From the NCBI GenBank assembly GCA_002633005.1, contig NMRA01000432.1, forward strand, positions 254,070 through 318,069: DNA of 64,000 nt. Direction: 5' to 3'. Positions 13,701 through 25,700 of this stretch are shown here, piece after piece. The translations under genes and the position numbers were made by a program. Source of the DNA: Phoronis australis (Eukaryota; Animalia; Phoronida). Positions within the stretch are counted from its first letter, which is position 1; every line of letters begins with the position of its first letter. The notes under the pieces were generated by a model, which saw only the letters and a program-made list of their open reading frames with translations, made no database searches and was not told the origin of the DNA.

Positions 13701-16700
13701 TCTGAGCGAACAAAATGGCGGCCTGGACGTGCTGATCGATTACTTATCTTACACACAGGTGGTCATGAGGTATGGGAGCTGTATGGGAGATGTACTGAGA
13801 ACTGAATGTTGTTGGAAACAAATGATTGATCTATTGATTTGTCGGTCAATTTAATGACCGGTCTACTAATTACAAATAGTATTTTGAAGTAATGAATTTT
13901 TCTTCATCTTACCCTTTGTTAACTTAAGTTTGAATTGGTTTAAGGGTAGCTCAAATTCACATGTGCTAATGTACAATTTTAATAAGCCTTTCAGAAAGCG
14001 CCATCTTATTTTTCCCAACATTATGTCCATAGGGAGGATGAAGAGGTGATAAAAGACCGAGCGGCAACTCTTGAAAGTTCATGGCAGCCATCATCGCCAG
14101 GGGGGGCTAGTGTCATGAGTCAGAACTTGCGGAATATCCGTCGGACGGCATCGAGTCCGGCCAAGTACCGGCGAATGTCAAAGTCGAACGCCAAACTGAA
14201 AATGGGTCAACCCGAGGACGACGTCCACGTTTGCATTATGTGCCTGAGGGCAATCATGAATCATCAGGTATGAGGGTTTGTTTGAGCCGTTCATTTGTTT
14301 GAGCTGTTCATTTGTTTCATCAAAGTTCTTACACCCGCTTGTAACTGAGATGATTGTAAGCACACCATTGTGAATGTGTCGATGTGTCTTTGATGAGATT
14401 CAAGCATAGTCACTAATTTGAATTAGTCCTTAGTCTGTGTTTTCACTTAACAACGATCTTCATAAATAGTTGAATGCACAGCAGGAGGATGATCTTCACT
14501 TTGTTTGAATATTTTTTCTTGAGAAATCTTTGGCGCTCATGTTGCGCTCACAGTTTCACTCTTGTTTTTTGTCCATAATAAATAGCACTGATAGCAGACT
14601 GAGTAATTTCATTAAAATCTGTTGGAACAATTGGCTTCATTTTCATGAAATTCAGCATCAGATATTTTTGAAGCGGGCTTCAGATTTCAGTATGCAAATA
14701 TCCACGTAATTGTGTAAATATCCATGTCAATGAACAAATTATTTGCCTTACCTGTTCACATGATAAGTCCTATTTTCTTCCAGTATGGTTTCAATCTTGT
14801 CACAGCCCATCATCAGGCAATTAACTGCATTGCCCTCAGTCTTAACCACAAGAATCAAAGGTGAGAGTTCAGTTGTATCAGACTTGGCTACAGCAATATA
14901 CAGTTCAATTTAATGTTACATCTATCCAGTGCTATAATGTTACATCTATCCGGTGCTATAATCAATCTCAGAGAAGTAGCAAGACTTTCCTGCATTGCCC
15001 AAATGGGAAATCACAACTGTTTTCTTCTTTAACAATATCGAAAACTGCATTGGCTCATAGTTAAGGTTGTTTATGATTTTACTAACAAGTCTGTGTTTTT
15101 TAGCCAAATGTCTACACAATTATACATTTAACTCGGTAAATGGATATATTTTCTGAAAGTGGATGGGTTCAATGTATTTTGAGCCATCTTATGGTCATTT
15201 TTATGATGCAACTAAACACCCCTAGTAGCACATCGTTTCTGGTATAGTTGTGGGCTCAAAGTCAATGCTCTGCGTTGCCCTTGTTAATTTTTTACCAGTC
15301 TGCCGTTTCATTTCACCATGTCTTTTTAGTAAATTTTAGGAAAAATAAACATTCATAGTGAAGCAGCAGTAACATGAACATGACCAAATTTTGTTTCATA
15401 AAATGTTCTTGATGAAATCTCATAAACACTTTTACAATTTTCTGAATTAACATTTTGATTTTGTTTCAAGTGACTTATAATGTTGTTCATAAAAATCATT
15501 CAAGTCCTATTGTCTATAGCCCTTCATACGAAAGTCTAACATTATAAATACAACTCCTAACAATGTGCGCTTAGCATCCAAAAGTGTTGCGTGAATCCGA
15601 TATACCAATTATGAGATATGATGTTCCGAAGTTAGCCAAACTGCATAACCGTAATATCATTTCCTGTTGTCCAGAACAAAAGCATTGGTGTTGGAGCTGC
15701 TGGCGGCTGTGTGCCTGGTGACGGGCGGCCACGAGTTGATATTGTCCGCGTTTGACAACTTCAAGGAGGCGTGCTCGGAGAAACATCGGTTTGAAACACT
15801 TCTGCATTACTTCCAGAACTACGAGTCTTTCCACGTTGACTTCATGGTACGATCTGGCTCAGAGAATACATTTTAACAATATTTAAGTACTGCTAATTAA
15901 TGAAACTTGGGAAGAATGTCGATTTCAGATTTGCAATTGTCGGACACGTTTTGAAGTTTGATGGTGTAAATTGAGCATAATTATGATCGTCTGCTATTGT
16001 TTTCTGGTGTGTAATTTTTCATTCGTTTTAAAACTGTACGAGGCGTTGATTTTGTTTTCTGTTCACAGGTGGCATGTATGCAGTTCATTAACATCGTAGT
16101 TCACTCAGTAGAGAACATGAATTTCCGTGTACATCTGCAGTATGAGTTTGACACGATCGGTCTCAATGAGTATTTAGAAGTAAGTACAGAGTCTGAAAAT
16201 CGCAATCATGGAAACTGTGTTTTGTCATGATTTTGTTTGAAATCCTGAAACTTCTTCAGTTATTCCAAAGTTGCCTTTTCGATGCATTTTCGTACCACTT
16301 CAACATAAGTTTTGTCTGAATTGTTTTACTGACAGAGTTTGCCCTGACGTTATGTCTTCGTCTGTTTCACAAATTACAAGATATGGAATACGATAACTTA
16401 CAAAGGAAATTTTCATCAATGTTGTGTAATTTTGTCATGGCATGTTGTGTGTAGAATATTGTGAGGAATAAATGAGGAGATGAGGTGAGAACTGTCTGAG
16501 GAAATAGAAAGTCATGAGTTGATTCTCAGTGATTCTAAATTGAATTAGATGGAAAAATTGTTTTGTTTGTTGATTGTCATTGTCTTAGAAAAGATTGAGC
16601 TCATGAGTTGACCTTAAAAATGTGCTGTTTGTTTAACAAAACTCTCTTCTCTCAGAAACTGAAGCGTAATGAGAGTGATCGCCTGCGTGTCCAGGTGAGT

Positions 16701-19700
16701 GCCTACCTGGACAACATGATTGATGTGGCCACACTGATGGACGACTCAGAAGCCAAACACGCTGCTTTGGAACAGGTGCAAGACCTGGAAGAGGCGCTGT
16801 CACATGTAAGTCAAAGGTCATGGCCTGCTGTAAGGGCCAGGTAGAGCAGTGTGACAGAGTGAAGTTTAGAAAGATATGATGATAAATTATTGGAGTTGAA
16901 GTGAAATGAGTTTCATGAGAAATGGCAAATTAGAAAATTATGCTTCTGAAACTTTACTGATTTTGATTTAAATCAGTTTTTGTGTGGATTTCGAAACTAG
17001 GTCTTCACAACTATTTATAAGATTGTAAGCATATTGAAAAGCAATCTTACTTTTTTCAAAGTAATATATTTTGCATTGTAATTACTTTAGTATCAACTTT
17101 CGATATAAAATCCTAGTCTTTAAAAAATGTGTTTGTTGTTTATTATTGCTTAATTATAATTTGGTCATTGTTTTACATATTTCTTGAACATGGACTTAAT
17201 AAGCCGAAATGTTCACACGCTTGTTGACATTTGTAGACCAGTTGATTGTCTTGTCTTGTTGTTAGTCAATGACACATTTGTAGACCAGTTGATTGTCTTG
17301 TCTTTCTTTGTTGTTAGTCAATGACACATTTGTATTGCAGGCTAATGAACGGTTGCTGGAAATTGAAGAGGAATCCATGGCCAAGACAGGTAAACCTGGA
17401 AATGTTGTGCTGCCTAGAAGTAGTAAATTGTTAATTGTTTTTTGCATTTCAGTCCATATCTGTAAGCAAAGTAGTGAAATGATTACAATTTGACCGTCAT
17501 GCTTGTCAAATTTTCCTTAGAAAGTTTGATGTAAACTTGTGACCATAGTTTATTGAGAAATCACCAGTTTGTAAGCATGGAAATGGAAGTTGAAATGGAT
17601 CATTGTCTCTGACACTTTACGGATTTCTTGTTTCAGTTGAGTTGGAAAAGCAACTTTCAGAAAAGGGAAAAGAGTTGGAACAGATGTCTGTGAGTGTTTC
17701 TGTCTGTTCCTTGAAAATTGTCCTATACACAGTGTTGTATTACATAATATTGTATTACATAATATCGTATTAAATGATATTGTATTGAATAATTATTTCT
17801 ATTGAATTATATTGTGTCAAATTATATTATGTCAACTTGTTTTTCATTGGTAAATAAAAATAATAATGATGATAATCTGTAGTTCCCCTAACAGAGTTTG
17901 TAAAATTTTGTCAAAAATTCGACTGTCAATTTAAATTGTTTTTGTCTTGACAAAGTTCCCATTAAAAATGTAACTAAATATTTGGATATTGCTTATAACT
18001 TATACAAATTTGTTGACGCTCTATTTTTTATTTGTTCTTGCTAGTGAGGTACGTACAGGTTCAATTTTCACTCACATGAACATATGCCTCATTTTCAACA
18101 GACACTAGTGAAAGAACAGGAAGAGACGATGAAAGCGTTGCGTCAAGAAATGTCTCAGAAGGTGGAGGAGTCCACGCTGCGGAAACAAGAGTTGGACACA
18201 CGAATGGCGGAGTTAGAGAAGTTAAGACTGAAAATACAAAGTGAGCTTTGCTTTCTTCTATTAATTCAATGAAGTGTTTACATAAGTAGTGCCGTCCACA
18301 CACAGACATACCCTTGAGCAAGTTACTCCTGGAACAAATGGTCGCTAGGTTTAAGGGCTGCGTGGATGCTCTATGTGCTATGTTTGAGGCCTGCACAGTT
18401 AAACTTTGATGTAAAATGCCTTTAGTATTCCCATGTTCAGTGAAAGGAATACACATAAAGTGTGTCTGAGGCAGAGTACTGTCATACCAAAGTACCGTCG
18501 TGCTGCCAATGTAACGGGTCACTGTTACTTCGCAAAAGAACCCTGTGCCAAAAACAGGGTTCATTACTACTGCAAGTTATGGCATTTTTTTCCAAATTAT
18601 GACCAGTAGTACTGTAGGTTTTTGGGTCAACGAGAATTGAGATGTTGAGTTTTTATGAGCTTTTCTGTTTTCTAGCCAAATTCATTTGTGTGCAAATAAT
18701 AATATTAACTTCATTCTTGGAATGCTTCGCATCAGACATTTGGAACCACCTTAGACGTCCTAGGAGAGGCTTCTAATATGGACATGACTGCTTGTGTTTC
18801 CAGATCATAAATGTATTGGGCGCATAGTGTGTAAGCCAGTGTGTTATTTCTGTTCTCCTCAGTTTGTCTTATGTTATTGATGTTACTCATTATTATTTAA
18901 CCAGTACTGACAGCGAGGTTATTGACAAAACGTAAAGATTTATTTTTTTTGTTTCACGTTTTTTTTTGTGTGTGCTTAAAGGAGAATGCCACCCGATTTA
19001 ATTAGTCTATTTTACCGTCTTGATCGGTCTATGTTTACATCGCCTCTTATACGGTTGACCTCACCTTGCCGAGAGGTGTCGCGTTAACCTGTGAGGAAGG
19101 TGAGAAGCAATGCAGCGACGTCAATGGTTCGTCTGCAGAGTGAATGCCGCCATATATTGCAGTGCATCGATTCTCGCTTGTCCGAACTATGAAGCTGCGA
19201 AGAAAGCGGGCATATCGTTTTTTCGACATCCTCGAGAGCCCGAAATGCTTAGGAAGTGACTCGCGATAGTGAAGAATGAAAGGTACGCTGTTAATAGCAA
19301 GTATGAGGCCGTGAAACATCTCCGTGTGTGTAGCCGGCATTTCGTCGACAGTGATTTCTCTGACGAATTCCGGCTTACCAAAGAACTATCCATACGTTCC
19401 GTTGCCTATGCATGTTCACGGCGCCTCTCTAGTATTTCTTGATCAGTGTATTCCGGTTCGAATTTAACTGATAGCCTGTGAAACCTAACGATCGGACCCG
19501 TGAAGTCTTCGTCGGATGAGTTCTTGATTAAGTCGGGATTGGCGCCGTGTAGACGTTTATTATTCTGCGTTCTGTTTCAAAATGAATTATTCTCATCCTA
19601 AAATGATCCTAACCAATGCTTATATGAAACTGAAACAAAGTCTGTCTCATTCGATACAATTTGTAATGTCTTAAAGTTCTCGTGAGTGCAAATGTTTTGA

Positions 19701-22700
19701 GAAGCCAGCAGTGAATAAACCACTGCGTTACCGGCTTTTGATGCCGGCAACAACGGTAATTGACCGGGCACCGAGGCCATGTGAGCGCATACTAATTCAG
19801 TGTTTGCTGTCAGAAAGCTGTTGTGAAACAATTACTCGATTTTACATGCTATTTTCACATGTTACGGGAATCTTTATTTAGAAATACATTACTGTACAAC
19901 CTTTGCCCTGACGGTCTGTGGAAGGGGAACCCGACTTCGCGGCCCCCGACAAGTAGATTTTCAGTTTCGTGGCTAATTCACATAAATAATTACATGCACA
20001 TTATCTCTTTGGCTCACTGTTATAGTCTTTTCGTGACTGGAGGTTTAGTTTCCAACTCAAGCTGGTTTATGTTCGTGCCAGTCCTGGCGGCCGCGATAGG
20101 CCTGATCGGGTTCCAAGCCACTGGCCACGGGGATAACAAGCGTTTTGTGTGTTTAGAACTAAAAAAATCACAAGTATAAACAACACAGATCTAGGTTCTC
20201 CCGTCTGTATTTCACAGAGAATACTTCGAATTTATCTCCGAACAGACCTCAAACTCCTGCTACGGACCTTGGTAAATTGGCCTGCCGAACTTTGTAGGCT
20301 ACGGTGTGTCCAAATACCAGTAAATTCGATGTAACAGAAATAAAACAACACGTTTTTAAAAGAATTCGATGTATTTTTAAAGGTTTTACATCGAAGTTTG
20401 ATGATTTATTGGTATTAAACGATGAATTCAAGCGATAAGCTGACACCACTAACCTGTGTTGTGAACTGCTGAGCAGACTGCGTGTGAAACCAATTACGTC
20501 ATTGGATAATTTCAACACCGTCTACCGTCAGGTGTCAGGTAACGCAACCAAACCTGCCATTATTGAGTAGAACTACTTGATCTAAATTGCTACAAAGTAG
20601 GTTGTTTTTTGGGTGGCATTCTCCTTTAAAGTGGTTTTCCGTGAGATGTTCGTACAGACTACTTTATTCGCGATCTAAATTTAGGTCATGCCTTACATAT
20701 CCTAAAAGGTTTTTCATACCGAGACGTGTGTAGAGTTGTGTCGTGCCATGCTGAAATTAGGCTGAGCACTTGTGAAAAAGTGTTGTGTGCAAGATCGGCA
20801 TAGTCTCTTTGTAAGTTATGCATTAGTTGCCGTTTTTGTTAGACTGGTATAGGATAGCGTACTATTATTGCGTGTTAATGACGTACAGTAGTACAGGGTA
20901 AGAACTACATGCTGTGCTCAGTGCTCTATGCTGAAAATCTCAAATACTTTGGCATTCATCTCGCAGATCCATTTGCGCCTCTCAATGTTTTGCCATGTCA
21001 CAGCAACTCTACGCATGCCTGGTGTGAAAGGCTCTTAAGATTCCAAATGAATAGCTTCCATTTTATTTGTGTTTGCCCTAAATCTTACTGAGTCGCAATT
21101 CATTATTAGGTTCCCTTTGAGACCAAATTAATGTCTCTGACCTTGCAGTTATGGTATATCAGCATGGCAATGGAAATCACTGTCAACAATTATCTTGCTG
21201 TGTTCCAGGTTCGGGAGGACAGACATCGTCAGCCCCGGGGACGCCATCAGCTTCGCCTGCTGCGCCAGCTCCCCCTCCTCCACCCCCTCCCTCGATGGCC
21301 CCACCCCCACCACCTCCGCCTCCCCCAGGAGCGGGGGCACCTCCTCCACCTCCTGTACCTGGCGCGCCTCCACTGCCAGGTGGTTTGCCAGGTAAGACAA
21401 CCAGTAGTATCATAATTTTGAGGTCGGTGTAAAGCTGCATTTCGTCGTGTTTAGCAGGCTAAAACTGAAAGTTCTATTAGGCCTTTTACTGTCATCAAAG
21501 CGGTCTCATATTCCTCACTGTGATAGGATCCTGCTTGTGTTACCAACAAGAATCCCGAAACCACCAAGAAAAGACTTAGGCTACCCTAAGATTGCAAGTG
21601 GGAAAGTGGCACACAAACACATTCCTTGTGATATGAGTTGATAAACAAAATGGAATCTGGTCACAGTTAAAGATACTATGACACTGATATTAGGAATTTT
21701 GATTTGTTTTAGAATTTGTATTAAACAGACTTTCTCTTCAGTAACGGAATAAAGATCCACTTGCTAATCACATAATTTGAGTTTTAATCTGCAACCTACA
21801 TGAACTCCAGAATATACTGCTGTAAATCAAGGTGTCCTTGTATTGCCGTATATTTCACATGATTGATTATTGTTGAACCTAGTTTGCTATTGCTTGTTTG
21901 AATTTTGCATTTGTAATATTTATGAGACTTGCAAAACAATATTACTCGATGGTCTGTTCCATTGTCTAAGGTGACATATTGTTACATTTTTGTCACTAAG
22001 AATTGCCACTCAAGTTCTCATGAGTCAAAATATGTTTCACAAAATGTGACCGCTCCTATTTAATCGCACATTATCTTTCAATACACCCGTTCTTGATTGA
22101 ATTCTTTATTGTGGAGGCAGAAAAAAGCATTGCACGACCTACTTTTGAAAATATCGGGAATTCTTCGGTTGAATATTTAGCACTGATATTTGCCTTGCTG
22201 TCAATTTCTTGGTGTCTGCATCAGAACTCAAAAGACAACGATAGAAGTTTGCCAGAATTTCAGTAACGAATTACATAATAAGTAGGATATGAGATAGTCA
22301 CTAAATAGTGCATAACATGTGTGAAAAAGGACACTTATGTTGCATTGTTGGTAAATACCTTAAAATGAGATTGCTGCTGTGTTATATTGCGACGGACCTA
22401 TTTCCACCAAATGTTGGAAATTGGGCTATTGTTGCCTTCACATTTTCAGGACCAGTTTGATAGCTTAAATATAAGAGCATGTTTCTGAATTCAGTGTCTA
22501 AGCAGCAAATGGAAGGGATGTGCTGGTATCTTCGATTAACTTCTCGCTTTGTAGGCTTGAATATCAAGAAAAAGATCCAGACCAAGTACCGACTACCCGT
22601 GCTGAACTGGGCTGCACTGAAGCCTCAGCAAGTCAAGGGGACTGTGTTCTCCGAGCTGGATGATGAGAAGTTGTACAATGTAAGGCAACGTTGACTAAGT

Positions 22701-25700
22701 CTGCACCTGATTCAGTCTCCCGGAATACATTAGGTCACTGAGGGGAACAGTTAGCCAATCAAATGCCATTGATGGATAACTCCAGCGAATTTCACTGTTT
22801 TCAATCAAGTGCAGCCTCTGTTATTAAAACACAATGCATTTAAAGCTGCATTTCAAGCTGTCCAGCTGGCTAAAAACATCATGTCGGGCATTTTACTCTC
22901 ATAAAGCCGGTCTTCTAACATTCTTTGCCATTCTGTTACAAGAACACGGAGATCGTCAACGTGTCAAAGACATGATCTAATGGTTTATTTCAAAGTGGCG
23001 CATGCATCCATTGCATTTGGCTTGAGTTGTCGGCTCATATGGCAATAATTCATTATCAGATGAGTGTGATGTTTTTAAACCACAAAGCGCCTGATTAAAA
23101 GTTCTGCACTGATGCCTAAACAGCGGCAATATGCAGCTTTTAACATATTTTGTCAAACAGGTGGCCATGTGAACCCGTTCCTCAGCCATCACTGCCCTTT
23201 TGATAATGTATTCAGAAATGCTGGTGAACATCAACTTTCATTGACAATGAAATGGTTAGCAGAAATTGTAAAACAGGTTTGTTGTTATCCATGAAAACTA
23301 AATTTGAAGTGTAACCTTGGCTCTCACAAAACATTGAAGTGGAACCTTGGCTCTCACAAAACACTGATTGAAGTGGAACCTTGGCTCTCACAAAACATTG
23401 AATTGGAAACTTGGCTCTCACAAAACATTGAAGTGGAACCTTGGTTCTCACAAAACATTAACGTGGAACCTTGGCTCTCACAAAACATCGAAGTGAAACC
23501 TTGGCTCTCACAAAACATCGAAGTGTAACCTTGGCTCTCACAAAACACTGAAGTGGAACCTTGGCTCTCACAAAACATCGAAGTGGAACATTGGCTCTCA
23601 CAAAACATTGAAGTGGAACCTTGGTTCTCACAAAATATTAACGTGGAACCTGGGCTCTCACAAAACATCGAAGTGAAACCTTGGCTCTCACAAGAAATCG
23701 AAGTGGAACCTTGGTTCTCACAAAACACTGAAGTGGAACCTTGGCTCTCACAAAACATTGAAGTGGAAACTTGGCTGTCACAAAACATTGAAGTGGAACC
23801 TTGGTTCTCACAAAACATTAACGTGGAACCTTGGCTCTCACAAAACATCGAAGTGGAACCTTGGCTCTCACAAAACATCGAAGTGGAACCTTGGCTCTCA
23901 CAAACCATTGAAGATTAGTGAAAAAACAAAACTGGGCAACATTTGCTATAATATGTTGTTTGAAATTAGTATTCAGGAAAAAATAATAAACAATTTATTC
24001 TTTGCCCACAGTTCCATCATGTACCAGACATGTAAAGCAATCCAGAAATAATTCCCACAGGGCTTGCTTGAACCTTTTTTCTAAAAGGGCCTCTAGGCAA
24101 ATAGGTAATGTTTTCTGTTAGAGGATCTTTTGGAAGTCCCCTGTAATTTGCAAGCAGAACATTCTTAGTTAACTCAAACTCATAGCAGTAAATTGGTTCA
24201 TCACGACTCACATTTATTTTCACAAGTCTGATGTCTTACCAAACCCCACAAAATTTCCTTTAACCCTTTTTCTGCTGAGCCTCTATTCAGACTACTTTCC
24301 CTGTGTGCTGAGCTAAGTAGGTCACCACTACTGCTGTACACTAAGCTGTTGTGGAGGTCACCCAGACAAATGACCTAATAATTTTAAATTATAAATTTGA
24401 AGGGGAAATAGTAAACTAACAGAAAAGAAGTCAATATAAAACTTGTGGAGAATTTGATGGAGATTTTCACCAAGTGTAAGTCTTTATCATAGCCTTCGTG
24501 AAAGTAAACTGATCCACTGTCATCCTCTCCCCTATGACTCCAGCCATATAATGAAACTATGTGTCTACACTTACATAAACCTGCCAATATCTCCCTAACT
24601 AGTAATCACAGCCATATGGTTTAAATTGAAGAACTGTAGAGGAAACTTTGAAGTATGGAATGCTCATGGTCACATATCTAAACAACATTCCAGGGCTCTT
24701 ACAATTTGTGAATGAAAATCACAAGTGTCCTGGGGTGAGTGCACTCTCCTAGCGCAGCCCAGCTGTAACTTATTATAGTCGATTGAGTACACCCAACGCA
24801 TTGTAATAGGATAATTGACATGTCGGCTGACCTCGCCTAGCGCAGGATAAGGGTTAAGCTAATACAACATAATGGCAATAGCTGGAGTTAACGTGCCCAC
24901 ATTTTGAGACATATCTTGCAGTTAGCAATCTGTGTATGTTTTTAGTTAACAATATTTCTACATGTTTATCTCCCTATTTAGAAAATTGACTTCAACCTGT
25001 TTGAAGAAGAGTTCCACATTGGCATGGCGGGTGGTCTGAAAGACGAGGTGGACGGCACAACACCGCGGGCGAGCAAGAAGAGTAAGAAGCAGGCGGTCAG
25101 CGTACTGGACAGTAACAGGCTGAGGAACGTGGCTATCACTAGGAAGAAAATTGATATGCCTATGGATGTACTCATCATGGCTATTAACAGGTAAGGAGGG
25201 GGGGGGGAGTGTAGTGAGTGGGGAGTGTAGCCATCTTTAGGAAAAAAGTGACTTGACTGTAGGCCTCCTGATCATGGCTAGTAACATGTGTATTTCCAAG
25301 ATGACAAATTTTGCTAAGTTATTGGATTCGCGAGGTCAGAAGACTTGCCAATTATCCTATGCAGCACGATGGGTGTACTCAAGCAACTATTATAAGCTGC
25401 AGCTGTGAGCGCTAGGTGAGTGTACTGACCCCTGGACACTTGTGGTTTTCATTCAGAAATTGTGAGAGCCCCCCTTGTGTGGTTTAGATATGTGAACATG
25501 CGTATTCCACAGCTCACGGTTTTCTCTACATTTCTCTGATTTAAGCCATATGGCTGTAATTTCTAATTTGGGAGATATTGGCATTTTTATGTAATTGTAG
25601 ACACATTTTCATTATGGCTGAAGCCAGACGTGGAAGGATGATTGTGGATCAGTTTATTTTCACTTAAGGCTATGATGAAGACGTACATATTATGGTGAAA

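Noticed and set aside
18045-18048. Possible 4-nt poison micro-exon (ctag|TGAG|gtacgt)
   Set aside because: The downstream intron would be only 53 nt, and nothing else supports it.
18061-18564. 167-aa minus-strand ORF
   Set aside because: Antisense to an FMNL exon and intron, with no recognisable domain.
19865-19950. Minus-strand [11 protein letters not shown] resembling the KolX/P2X7-type C-terminal motif
   Set aside because: Too short, interrupted by stops, and in the wrong order relative to the putative N-terminal motif.
21131-21440. Gly-rich minus-strand ORF and other overlapping ORFs
   Set aside because: Shadow frames of the FH1 poly-proline exon.
23304-23913. CRISPR-like appearance and long repetitive ORFs ([10 protein letters not shown] / [10 protein letters not shown])
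   Set aside because: The units are contiguous with no unique spacers and there are no cas genes. It is a eukaryotic intronic minisatellite, and the ORFs arise from the 30-nt unit.
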